This document shows positions 1-9,250 of a stretch of DNA of 64,000 bases, piece by piece. Every line of letters begins with the position of its first letter. The stretch's first letter is position 1. This stretch comes from Ignavibacteriota bacterium (GTDB lineage: Bacteria > Bacteroidota > Ignavibacteria > UBA10030), in the NCBI GenBank assembly GCA_963727825.1, contig CAVSHO010000011.1:288001-352000 (forward strand), written 5' to 3'. The notes under the pieces are model-generated. The model searched no databases and was not told where the DNA came from. It saw only the letters and a program-made list of their open reading frames with translations. Made by a program: the position numbers and the translations under genes.

Positions 1-88
1 TATAAGACATAGCTGATGTAATTTGATAATTGATAAAACGCATTTTACATTAATTATAAATATCAATAAAATGAAAGGGTGAATATAA

Positions 89-664
89 ATGCCAAGTCTA
101 CATGGGACACAAACAGAGAAGAATCTCTTAGCGGCATTTGCCGGAGAATCTCAGGCGCGAAATCGCTACACTTTTTTTGCCTCTGCAGCAAAGAAAGAAG
201 GGTATGAACAGATCGCCGCGATATTTTTAGAGTCTGCTGATAATGAAAAAGAACATGCCAAACGATTTTTCAAGTTTCTTGAAGGTGGCGCAGTCGAAAT
301 CACTGCATCGTATCCGGCAGGTGTCATCGGCACAACAAAAGAAAATCTGAAAGCAGCAGCAGACGGAGAACATGAAGAATTCGCTGAACTGTATCCGCAT
401 TTCGCCGAAGTCGCTAAACAGGAAGGATTTTCTGAGATTGCTCTTGCGTTTCGTACAATCGCACTCGTTGAAAAACAACACGAAGCACGCTATCGCAAGT
501 ACCAGAAACAAGTGGAAGACGGAACTGTCTTTAAGAGGGAAAAAGTTGTTCGTTGGAGGTGCCGAAATTGCGGATACATCCACGAAGGGAAAACTCCCCC
601 CGTAAAATGTCCGGCATGTCTGCATCCTGAATCATATTTTGAAGAATGGGAACAGATAGACTAA
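89..664 (+). CDS. rbr: Rubrerythrin
   Basis: [12 protein letters not shown] and EKEH / EKQH di-iron motifs; C-terminal rubredoxin CRNC...CPAC. Confidence 0.95.
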   Translation: MPSLHGTQTEKNLLAAFAGESQARNRYTFFASAAKKEGYEQIAAIFLESADNEKEHAKRFFKFLEGGAVEITASYPAGVIGTTKENLKAAADGEHEEFAELYPHFAEVAKQEGFSEIALAFRTIALVEKQHEARYRKYQKQVEDGTVFKREKVVRWRCRNCGYIHEGKTPPVKCPACLHPESYFEEWEQID

Positions 665-685
665 AAATCGCCCTCATGTTCATTT

Positions 686-730
686 AAAGCTAACGCCAGA
701 CTCTTACAAGAATCTGGCGTTAGCTTTTTT
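686..730. terminator. Intrinsic terminator, possibly bidirectional
   Basis: 15-bp inverted repeat AAAGCTAACGCCAGA / TCTGGCGTTAGCTTT followed by a T tract, between convergent genes. Confidence 0.85.
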
Positions 731-744
731 GATATTTCACTTTA

Positions 745-1800
745 TTATTTCAACATTGGTTTTGCACGCTTGATAAATTGGAGCGGTACACCCCACGGAT
801 TACGTAACATAAGGATTTCATCGCCGCTCGCGCTAATTGTAATGTCGTCTGCAAGCGTTGCGCCAGCTGCTATTAATGCGTTGCGAATTGCGTGCACATC
901 ATCTACGACAAACGCAATATGGAGAGATAAATGATTTATCTTCGACATATCCAATACCGGATATCCGCTATTGTTGTATAATTCAAACATCATATTATTA
1001 CCGGCGTCTGCCACAAAATTTGTATAAGTAGGCGGAGTGCCTTTCCGATTAACCTTCATACCAAGATTTTCACAATACCAATTCGTCATGCTTTGGGGAT
1101 CCGCAACATTAAGCGCAAAATGCTCTGGCCGTGTGCCCGTGGGAATAAGCATTGGTGAAATTCTTTTTACAAATTGAATAGCAAGTCCCCACGGATCGCG
1201 CATCATCAATATTTGATCTCCGGATGGTATTGTAGTTATATCTTCTACGAGCTTCGCTCCTGCGATAAGAAGCGAATCGCGCATTGCTTTCACATCATCA
1301 GTCATAAATGCGAGATGCATGGCCATATGACTGATGGAGGCAAAGTCGAGGACAGGTATATTTGGATTGTTGTACAACTCACACATCATATTCCCAGCAG
1401 AATCTCCAATAAAATGTGTATTCCCAGGAGGTGGGCTCTTTCGGACAATTTTCATCCCTAAATGTTCACAATACCACTTGGCAACCGCTGCCGGATCTTT
1501 GACATTGAATGCAATGTGCTCTAAGCGCGGTTGTTTCTTTAATGAAACGATTTGACCGTTTGATTGATCAGCTTGATTTGCCATATTTATATTTTCCTTT
1601 AATACTATAGAATTGTTCTTCACTGTTACTTCATTCAACTTCTTATCCGAATCGATAGAGACACTGCTCTTAATAGAATCGACACTCGATGATGCCGAAA
1701 ATAAATGGAAGACCCCAAGGATAAGGCAGATGACGATAGATAAAGTTGTATTGAATATTTGATTTAATCTAGTTCGGTAAATCATGGTATTCTTTCCCAT
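745..1800 (-). CDS. VOC/glyoxalase-family protein with two tandem VOC units and an N-terminal signal/TM segment
   Basis: Duplicated EHIAFNVKDP...WYCEHLGMK and EHFALNVADP...WYCENLGMK; HLAF/HIAF; DPWG/NPWG; hydrophobic N-terminus. Confidence 0.85.
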   Translation of the reverse strand: MGKNTMIYRTRLNQIFNTTLSIVICLILGVFHLFSASSSVDSIKSSVSIDSDKKLNEVTVKNNSIVLKENINMANQADQSNGQIVSLKKQPRLEHIAFNVKDPAAVAKWYCEHLGMKIVRKSPPPGNTHFIGDSAGNMMCELYNNPNIPVLDFASISHMAMHLAFMTDDVKAMRDSLLIAGAKLVEDITTIPSGDQILMMRDPWGLAIQFVKRISPMLIPTGTRPEHFALNVADPQSMTNWYCENLGMKVNRKGTPPTYTNFVADAGNNMMFELYNNSGYPVLDMSKINHLSLHIAFVVDDVHAIRNALIAAGATLADDITISASGDEILMLRNPWGVPLQFIKRAKPMLK

Positions 1801-1852
1801 TCTTAATCGTTAATCATCATGTCAGAAACATTATTTCGTAAAACATATCCAA

Positions 1853-2338
1853 TCAATGAGGTAAGAATGCATCAAGAGCCGCTTTTGCGACAATACCATC
1901 CTGGTCGGAAGTTCCACCGCTTACGCCAATAGCACCAAGATATTGCTCATCAATTACAATCGGAAGCCCACCCTCAATAGGAATTGCACCAGGCAATGCG
2001 AGGAGAACATTTCTTCCAGCAAGTGCCCGCTCTTCAAATGACTTTGTCGGTCGCTTAAATGAAATGGCTGTTTTTGCTTTTTGAGTAGCAACTTCAATAC
2101 TTCCGATCTGAGTATTGTCCATTCGTTCCAGATACATCACATTGCCTCCATCATCAACAATAACGATAACCATCGTCCACTTATTTTTTATTGCTTCTGA
2201 TTCAGCAAGAGCTGCAAGTTTCTTTGCTGCCTCTAATGTCAGCGCCTTCTTCGTGGTCAACTGAGCACTCGTAGGAAATGCAATGACCAGAACAAACATA
2301 ATCACAGAAATAATTGTTAATAGTCGGCTTTTCTTCAT
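1853..2338 (-). CDS. GlcG/HbpS-family heme-binding protein, exported
   Basis: IVIVDDGG, KAKTA, GGLPI...GAIGVSGG...DG motifs; signal peptide; GGAGG RBS before ATG at 2338. Confidence 0.85.
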   Translation of the reverse strand: MKKSRLLTIISVIMFVLVIAFPTSAQLTTKKALTLEAAKKLAALAESEAIKNKWTMVIVIVDDGGNVMYLERMDNTQIGSIEVATQKAKTAISFKRPTKSFEERALAGRNVLLALPGAIPIEGGLPIVIDEQYLGAIGVSGGTSDQDGIVAKAALDAFLPH

Positions 2339-2468
2339 ACCACCTCCAAGCATATTTACTAGAAATAAGTAATATTGAAAATTTAACCAAATGGAACTTC
2401 AGAAACAAAAGAAAAGCCTAATCGGACGAAATCCAATTTTGCTTGAAAAATTGGGAAAACCAGTTGGG

Positions 2469-2732
2469 CTACTTTAACAGAATTGCTTTCTTCACTGCAT
2501 TAAAAGTTGCGGTATGCACTTTATAAAAATAGACACCGGTCGTTAATGCTGATGCATCCCAATTAACCTGATAGATCCCCGCCGGCTTTACTTCATCTAA
2601 CAATGTCATAACTTCGCGTCCAAGTACGTCGTAGACTTTAATTGTCACGAGTCCGGTAGCCGGAATTTGGAATTGGAAAGTTGTCGTTGGGTTGAACGGG
2701 TTCGGATAATTTTGTGAAACATTGAAATGCAT
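2469..2732 (-). CDS. T9SS type A C-terminal sorting domain (3' fragment of disrupted gene)
   Basis: SQNYPNPFNPTT...KVYDVLGREV...GVYFYK...KKAILLK. Confidence 0.55.
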   Translation of the reverse strand: MHFNVSQNYPNPFNPTTTFQFQIPATGLVTIKVYDVLGREVMTLLDEVKPAGIYQVNWDASALTTGVYFYKVHTATFNAVKKAILLK

Positions 2733-3126
2733 AGGAATGGCAGAAATGATATTTGAAACACCGCATTATCACTCCGGTTCCACCGCTTTCTTTATATCTC
2801 GCCGCGAATTCCTGCACGTAAAGACGTGCAATGTCTCTGGAATGTTGATAATGAGAGTATTTTCATCGTTATCATTTTCTGCGGCAAGTAGACCAATTGT
2901 GGCTACCCATAATGACTAAGGGATCATTAGCATTAATTGAATGGATCAACAACACCATATTTGTGATGGAACAAACCAGTTACAACACTGTGGCCTGCCT
3001 GCAGATGCACGTCCACTCCAAAGCAACCAGAGCATCGAATACACGTTCCTAGTATCGGTGCTGTTGTCAATAAGTCCACGAACATTATCAGCCGAATTTT
3101 TTTTTGCAATAAGTGATTTCGCGATA

Positions 3127-4734
3127 TCACCACGCGTAAAAGCATAACTCCAAATCAATAGATATTTTTGTTTCATTCAGAGGGCTTAATGATGAAGTCG
3201 TTGTCGTGCCATCAGAGGGACTGAAGTACGATTCCACCGGTATTCCACTGATATTGAAATAATGAGGAGTATTATCCAGCTTATGCGCACCAAATCGAGA
3301 ATTCGTAGCATTCGGCATGCTGGTGCTACTCCCCCACATTTCATTAAACTCGGTTGTGTAGGCATTTGCCAGCGCCCTATCCTGGATTTCTATAACATTT
3401 TGTGCATCATCGGTATTACCGGGATCCGTTGCATTCCAAGAACCAGAGATAACCCAGCTGGTTGTGTCAGATGTAGTATCCTGCATATCAATGATGAAGA
3501 ATTTATTATGCATCAACCCGGCACCAGCATTTGTAGCATCATATGTATCAAAAATAACAATGATACCGGAATTAGTGAGTGTAGTCCACGGAGCTGTCGT
3601 ATGGTTATCGTATTCGCCGATAACGCGCACTGTAGTACCACGTCCCTTGGCACTTATTAAGGCAGTCGCAATTTTCGCTCCTACTGTGCCGCTAAGACTA
3701 TATAGGGCAACATCGACGGAATATTTTGCTGCATTGATCCTATTAATAACTTTACTCGAGATATCGACATTCTGCGCATTCTCACCTTTAGCTAACGCCG
3801 TGTTGACAGAATGGTTGAAATACACATTCATTGTTCCTTTAGAAGACTGAGAAGCAGTAGAAACAATGTAATCGTTTGTATACGTTATACCACCAGCAGA
3901 ATTTCTCGATCCAAGTTTAATGTGATATATAGTTGCAGGTAGCAATCCATTGAGTACCAATTGGTGACTGGTAACAGCATTTGTATCTATCAACGTATCT
4001 GTGTATGTCGTTGTCAGACCGCGAATGACAATTGAACTTCCCGGCGAATCCGTCTGCCAGGAAATTGTGATACTACTAGAAGTCATATTACTTTCGTATG
4101 GTACACCTGAGATGATGCGAGGCCCCGCTCCTTCAACAATAATATCACTATATGTTCTCGGCAAGATTTGATATTCTGTATAATATTGTCCTAGGACACC
4201 AACAACATCAAATTTTCCAGATGGAGCTGATGTATTGCAGAGGCTATTATTTGCCTTTATATATGTTTGCAGCGTATCTGTACCAGATATCAAATACAAA
4301 GTACTTGCAACACCGGTCGTGCCCCATGTTGTCGCAGGTGATTTGGCAGAAGTAATGACCGAAGTTATATTACTAACTCGTATCAAACGACATTCATATG
4401 GTTCAACTCCATTTTGATTCTGTCCTTTGATTGATGCAATTGTTAATGTCGTTGTATCTACAGGATTTCCCTGGCTAATCACTTGTAAAAGCGAACAAGG
4501 ATTGAGTTCAAACATATTTTGGTATGGAGAGACAACGCCCAGTAATACTACTTCATCTCCTCGATTGATATTTTGGGACACCGTTGAATCATACACAGAA
4601 ATCCCAGCCGTCGCATCCTGTATATATGCCGGTCCACCAAATTCATTTGCGACCGTAACAACACCTTGGACTACTACATACTTGCCAGTAAGTACATGCA
4701 CACCTGAGCCATCCTTTACTTTCACTTGACTCAT
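3127..4734 (-). CDS. Middle fragment: OB-fold-like, Fn3 and first PLD (HKD) domain
   Basis: YIQDATAGISVY OB-like segment; ITISWQTD...LNGLLPATIYH Fn3; MHNKFFIID...SGSWN PLD motif. Confidence 0.55.
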   Translation of the reverse strand: MSQVKVKDGSGVHVLTGKYVVVQGVVTVANEFGGPAYIQDATAGISVYDSTVSQNINRGDEVVLLGVVSPYQNMFELNPCSLLQVISQGNPVDTTTLTIASIKGQNQNGVEPYECRLIRVSNITSVITSAKSPATTWGTTGVASTLYLISGTDTLQTYIKANNSLCNTSAPSGKFDVVGVLGQYYTEYQILPRTYSDIIVEGAGPRIISGVPYESNMTSSSITISWQTDSPGSSIVIRGLTTTYTDTLIDTNAVTSHQLVLNGLLPATIYHIKLGSRNSAGGITYTNDYIVSTASQSSKGTMNVYFNHSVNTALAKGENAQNVDISSKVINRINAAKYSVDVALYSLSGTVGAKIATALISAKGRGTTVRVIGEYDNHTTAPWTTLTNSGIIVIFDTYDATNAGAGLMHNKFFIIDMQDTTSDTTSWVISGSWNATDPGNTDDAQNVIEIQDRALANAYTTEFNEMWGSSTSMPNATNSRFGAHKLDNTPHYFNISGIPVESYFSPSDGTTTTSSLSPLNETKISIDLELCFYAW

Positions 4735-4779
4735 TGCTCTTGGTGAACCGTAAACAAGAAGTTGTGGGAGAGATGAAAT

Positions 4780-5709
4780 TTAACCGTACGAACCTACGCT
4801 TTTGTAAGTTTGAATGATTATAGAAAATACATCTGTTGTATCAATCGATTTGACATTTGCGATTGTTACAACAAGACTATCTTGGTTAATCAAATTGATA
4901 TCGGCAATCTGCACGGTATCCGAAAAAAAAGTGGCTTTTATTGAATCCGGTGAAACTGAGGCCATTTTTGTTTCCCAATTCAAAACAGAAGGCTTGATAA
5001 TTCGAAATCCGTTGATGGTATCTCCTGCCGCTCGAACAACAAATTGAAGTGAGGTTGGCTCATTATATTTGAATATATACGGAGATACGGAAGCCGAACC
5101 GATTCCGCTGGTTTGTATGGTCGTCGAATTTACGCTCCCATTTATGACAATATTATTTAGTCGAAAATTGCCTGTGCTTGATGCCCCATAGCCCCATATT
5201 CGAAAAGTTACTTGACTTGAAGTTGTTGGAGGAATTGATGTCAATGAAAATTGATCCAAGGAAGATGTATTTGAGTTGGCAGTTTCTCCCAGAGCCGTTA
5301 TTCCATTAGTTGTAAAATCATCTAAGCTATATTGCACTTGAATTTTAGCTGGTCCAGTTGCAGTGCGACCTGCATTAAATGTTACTGAAGAAATAATTAT
5401 TTGATAGCCATACTTGGGAGTAACAGAAAACTCCCAGTACTTCCCTGTAGTAGAAAATGCCGATGACGTTGACCATGTCCCGCAATAGATGTCGCCAGGA
5501 CTGGTTTGATACGCAAGTGTGGTCGAAGGAATCACGTTAATCGCGTTTGCTGTTAGATTGGCGTTTATCGAAGTCGCAGTTGTGGTTGCGGAAGTCAAAT
5601 TCCAGGTAGCGATTTGTGCTTGTGCACTTGCAAATGCAAGCAAAGCAATAATTAACAACGCTGTATATCTTAATATTTTCAGCACAACAAATTGAATTAG
5701 TTTTTTCAT
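4780..5709 (-). CDS. 5' fragment: signal peptide and Ser/Thr-rich beta domains
   Basis: Signal peptide ending AQA; GGGGG RBS; ends at an in-frame TAA and the frame stays open beyond it. Confidence 0.55.
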   Translation of the reverse strand: MKKLIQFVVLKILRYTALLIIALLAFASAQAQIATWNLTSATTTATSINANLTANAINVIPSTTLAYQTSPGDIYCGTWSTSSAFSTTGKYWEFSVTPKYGYQIIISSVTFNAGRTATGPAKIQVQYSLDDFTTNGITALGETANSNTSSLDQFSLTSIPPTTSSQVTFRIWGYGASSTGNFRLNNIVINGSVNSTTIQTSGIGSASVSPYIFKYNEPTSLQFVVRAAGDTINGFRIIKPSVLNWETKMASVSPDSIKATFFSDTVQIADINLINQDSLVVTIANVKSIDTTDVFSIIIQTYKSVGSYG

Positions 5710-5842
5710 ATTACCCCCCAGAAAAGATCAATAAAACATTTTTATCGATTTCAATATAACCAATTTCTATTTCATAGCACAAATGATTCCGTCACAATTG
5801 GAAATTCAATCGGGTTTCGATATATTGCAAAAAAGGAATAAA

Positions 5843-6220
5843 ATGACAGAAGTTGCAGTAGCCGTATTAAGAAGAAATAATCTAATCCTAGTCTGTCAGC
5901 GAAAGCACGGTGGCAGGTATTCGTTAAAATGGGAATTCCCCGGCGGTAAGCTTGAACCGGGTGAATCGGTGGAACAATGTCTCCACCGTGAGCTTCAAGA
6001 AGAATTATCGATAGAGATCCATGCCATAGAACGAATCCAAACCGAGGCGACATATTACGAAGACGGCGGGATGTTCAATGTTTCTTACTGTTTCGTCTCA
6101 GGATTTGACGACGAGCCGCAAAATAATGTCTTCGAACAAATCCGCTGGGTCACAATAGACGAATTGAAAAAAATGGATTTACTCGATGGCACCAAACTTT
6201 TTGTGGAAAAGTTAATGTAA
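5843..6220 (+). CDS. mutT: MutT-like NUDIX hydrolase
   Basis: WEFPGGKLEPGESVEQCLHRELQEEL Nudix box; AAGGA RBS before ATG at 5843. Confidence 0.8.
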   Translation: MTEVAVAVLRRNNLILVCQRKHGGRYSLKWEFPGGKLEPGESVEQCLHRELQEELSIEIHAIERIQTEATYYEDGGMFNVSYCFVSGFDDEPQNNVFEQIRWVTIDELKKMDLLDGTKLFVEKLM

Positions 6221-6246
6221 TAATATTTATAAGTTCTCATAATATA

Positions 6247-6885
6247 ATGCCGAAAACAAAATCCGCGCAACTAAAAGATCTGACTCATTTTTATAAAGAG
6301 CGAAGAATTTCAATCAGAAAAAGGCTGAAGGAATTTTCTAAAGTTCAACCAGCAGATTATTTCTACGAACTTGTTTATTGCCTCCTCACTCCGCAATCAA
6401 GTGCTGCTCATGCTGAACAAGTCGTCGCCATACTTCGCCATGCTGGATTCCAATATCGCAGCGTAAATCCAGAACCATTTCTTCGTCAGAAAGAATATTA
6501 TATTCGTTTTCATAGGACAAAATCCCGGCATCTTCTCCGGATGAAGGATCAATTCTCTATTATTGCTCAAAAATTGTCAGAGCCTATTTCAGCTACGGAG
6601 TTGCGTGAATGGCTTGTAAATAATATTCTCGGCTTAGGATATAAAGAAGCATCACATTTTTTACGCAATATCGGCAAAAATGATGGTCTTGCAATACTCG
6701 ATCGGCATATTTTACGAAACTTAAAACGACTCAGCGTGATTAGCTCAATTCCGAAATCTATTAGTAAAAAACATTATTTGGATATAGAAAAACGTTTTTC
6801 AAAGTTTGCGATTGATTTAGGTATCGCATTAGATGAACTTGATCTTGTCTTCTGGAGCATGGAAACCGGCGAAATCAGGAAATGA
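6247..6885 (+). CDS. ogg: 8-oxoguanine DNA glycosylase/AP lyase, Ogg2 (archaeal/Thermotoga) type
   Basis: ELVYCLLTPQS; HhH GLGYKEASHFLRNIG; catalytic ILDRH; C-terminal Lys (GEIRK). Confidence 0.85.
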   Translation: MPKTKSAQLKDLTHFYKERRISIRKRLKEFSKVQPADYFYELVYCLLTPQSSAAHAEQVVAILRHAGFQYRSVNPEPFLRQKEYYIRFHRTKSRHLLRMKDQFSIIAQKLSEPISATELREWLVNNILGLGYKEASHFLRNIGKNDGLAILDRHILRNLKRLSVISSIPKSISKKHYLDIEKRFSKFAIDLGIALDELDLVFWSMETGEIRK

Positions 6886-6916
6886 TAAATCCGGCATTGC
6901 TCTTTGAGAGCTCTGA

Positions 6917-6945
6917 TTGACTTTTAAGTCGAAAGTAACAATATT
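6917..6945 (+). promoter_or_regulatory. Putative sigma70-like promoter of yajQ-amidase
   Basis: TTGACT-17 nt-AATATT. Confidence 0.45.
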
Positions 6946-6960
6946 AAATCAAAAAATACA

Positions 6961-7060
6961 CCACCCCTTCATCCCCTCCTCGTTTGAGGAGGGGAAACCG
7001 GCCCGATTTATGGCACTTTTCAACATATAGTATCTGAATATCGGGACGTAGGGGAGGTGG
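6961..7060 (+). repeat. GC-rich multi-stem palindromic element upstream of yajQ
   Basis: 10-bp hairpin TCCCCTCCTC-GTTT-GAGGAGGGGA; CCCGAT/ATCGGG stem; closing CCACC/GGTGG. Confidence 0.6.
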
Positions 7061-7132
7061 ACAATTTTAAAGAATATTTAATGCGTAACATAAGAAATAT
7101 TTCAATCCAACGTTAAAACAATAATCAATCTC

Positions 7133-7630
7133 ATGGCACAACAAAACTCATTTGATATTGTATCAGAAGTAAATCTTCAAGAAGTCGATAATGCAGTGAA
7201 TCAGGCGCAAAAAGAAATAATCCAGCGTTATGATTTTAAAGCAATTCGTACTTCCATCGAATTAGATCAGAAAGAGAAAAAAATCACTTTAATAACAGGT
7301 GATGAATTTCATATGAAAAGCATTGTTGACATTTTGCAATCTAAATTGATCAAACGCAGTGTTCCGATAAAAGCGCTCCGCTATGGAACCATAGAACCAG
7401 CAGCCGGCAATTCTGTGCGGCAAACGGTTACATTGCAGGTTGGTATTGCGAAAGACGACGCAAAAATTATTACGAAACTTGTGAAAGACTCAAAATTAAA
7501 AGTGCAAGCGCAAATCATGGAAGATCAAGTGCGGGTGAGCGGGAAGAACAAAGACGACCTGCAGGCTATCATGGCGCTGATTCGTAGTCACGATTTTCCG
7601 TTTGCATTGCAATTCGTGAATTACAGATAG
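7133..7630 (+). CDS. yajQ: YajQ-family cyclic-di-GMP/nucleotide-binding protein
   Basis: SFDIVSEV...EVDNAV...RYDFK; QVRVSGKNKDDLQ; QFVNYR C-terminus. Confidence 0.95.
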   Translation: MAQQNSFDIVSEVNLQEVDNAVNQAQKEIIQRYDFKAIRTSIELDQKEKKITLITGDEFHMKSIVDILQSKLIKRSVPIKALRYGTIEPAAGNSVRQTVTLQVGIAKDDAKIITKLVKDSKLKVQAQIMEDQVRVSGKNKDDLQAIMALIRSHDFPFALQFVNYR

Positions 7631-9214
7631 ATGAGACTCGCCTGTTTTTCAAAAGCTATCTTTTTTTCTTTTGTATTCTCGTTGTGCCAAGCCCAAACAA
7701 CGGAGTACAAAACATTTATTTCCTTTCGCCTTACGTCTGGAGATACGACAGTTATCGGTGGTGTGGACAGCGCCGGAGTTCTGTTCTTTTCTCTCAATGA
7801 TTTTTTAAAATCATTACAGCTTCCGGCATCTGTTAATGATACTACTGGAAAGATCGAATGTCTCATTGGAATGCAGCTTGTTCGTTTTACAAATCACAAT
7901 CCTTTTGTTGTTATCACAGAACGAACGAGTAATACTTCAACAGTTTATCAAATGTCCAGCAATGTTCTCTGCAAACACGGTGAATTTTTTGTATCAGCAA
8001 GCGCATTTATTCCTTTGTATGAAAGTCTCACCGAACAACGTCTTTCAATCAATTCGCAGCAGAACACATTATCATTGGAAACTTTCCCAACTTCAAAATA
8101 CTCAATTACAGGAATCCAAATCGAAAAAAAGGTCAACGGTTCTCTCGTTACCATCCTTGCCAATAATAAACTGGGTGATGTTGAACGGTGGTTAAAGCCT
8201 GATGGATGGCTTTTTGTGACAATCATGGGCGCAAAAGCTGATACGAGCATTCTTAATGCTACCAAACCATTTGGTGCAGTACGAAAAGTGTTGGCATTTC
8301 AATCACCTGCATCTCTTCAATTAACATTTCAAGTAACCCCAGATGTTGTGCAGGCGGAGACCGTGAATGACCCTGCTTCCAACGACATCCACATCTCGCT
8401 CCGAACCCTTTCAACTTCAGAAAAAGAAGAATTGAAGAAAAAGAAACAGGAAGAAAAGAAGCAACAGTTGAATAACGGACGTGACCGATGGAAGTTAGAT
8501 GTTATTGTGATTGATGCAGGACATGGCGGAAGAGATCCAGGCTGTATTGGAGTCGTTGGAACACGCGAGAAAAATATTACGCTGGATGTAGGACTTAAAC
8601 TCGGTCATCTTATTGAAACAAATCTTAAAGATGTAAAAGTCGTGTACACTCGATCCTCCGATAAGTTTGTTGAGTTATACCGGCGTACACAGATTGCCAA
8701 TGAGGCAGGCGGTAAATTGTTTATCAGTATCCATTGTAATTCTCTGCCGCATAAACCGTCGAGTATGAATGGATTCGAGATTTATTTGCTTCGTCCAGGC
8801 CGCACCGAAGAAGCTGTCGCTATTGCTTCACGCGAAAATGCCGTTATTCAACTTGAAGAAGGATACAAAGAGCGTTATCAGAAATTAACCGAAGAGGAAT
8901 TTATAATTGTAACGATGGCACAAAGTGCATATATGAAACAAAGTGAACAATTTGCCGAAAGTGCAGCCAACTCAATGGCAAAGCGCCTGCGTATTAAAAA
9001 CAGCGGCGTTAAACAAGCGGGTTTCTTTGTTCTCGTCGGTGCGTCGATGCCCAATGTACTCGTGGAATTGGGATATTTATCTAATAGAAATGAAGAACAG
9101 TTCTTACGCAGTGAGAGTGGACAAGACAGGATAGCTGATGCTCTATTTAGAGGAGTAAAAGAATATAAAATTAAGTATGAAAAAGAACTACAAGAAGGAA
9201 TTGATAGTAAATAA
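7631..9214 (+). CDS. N-acetylmuramoyl-L-alanine amidase (Amidase_3)
   Basis: IDAGHGGRDPG, EKNITL, FISIHCN, VLVELGYLSN; signal peptide. Confidence 0.92.
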   Translation: MRLACFSKAIFFSFVFSLCQAQTTEYKTFISFRLTSGDTTVIGGVDSAGVLFFSLNDFLKSLQLPASVNDTTGKIECLIGMQLVRFTNHNPFVVITERTSNTSTVYQMSSNVLCKHGEFFVSASAFIPLYESLTEQRLSINSQQNTLSLETFPTSKYSITGIQIEKKVNGSLVTILANNKLGDVERWLKPDGWLFVTIMGAKADTSILNATKPFGAVRKVLAFQSPASLQLTFQVTPDVVQAETVNDPASNDIHISLRTLSTSEKEELKKKKQEEKKQQLNNGRDRWKLDVIVIDAGHGGRDPGCIGVVGTREKNITLDVGLKLGHLIETNLKDVKVVYTRSSDKFVELYRRTQIANEAGGKLFISIHCNSLPHKPSSMNGFEIYLLRPGRTEEAVAIASRENAVIQLEEGYKERYQKLTEEEFIIVTMAQSAYMKQSEQFAESAANSMAKRLRIKNSGVKQAGFFVLVGASMPNVLVELGYLSNRNEEQFLRSESGQDRIADALFRGVKEYKIKYEKELQEGIDSK

Positions 9215-9243
9215 CCTTGCGAAGGTTTAAACCTTCGCAAGGT
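9213..9243. repeat. REP palindrome (left flank)
   Basis: Perfect 30-bp palindrome ACCTTGCGAAGGTTT/AAACCTTCGCAAGGT (9214-9243); each arm is itself a small hairpin. Confidence 0.9.
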
Positions 9244-9250
9244 CAGTATA

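Larger units (their letters stand above)
2469..5709 (-). pseudogene. Disrupted T9SS-secreted phospholipase D/nuclease-like multidomain protein
   Basis: ORFs 4780-5709 and 3127-4734 are in the same frame, separated by one TAA (4780-4782); HNKFFIID and HHKYGVVD HKD motifs; at least 6 frame changes at about 2760-3170; C-terminal QNYPNPFNP sorting domain. Confidence 0.8.

Noticed and set aside
23-50. Fur/PerR box upstream of rbr
   Set aside because: Only a half-site resemblance (GATAATTGATAA) in very AT-rich DNA at the window edge
2750-3200. DGR variable region
   Set aside because: No reverse transcriptase or template repeat seen; the lesions are indels, not adenine-specific substitutions
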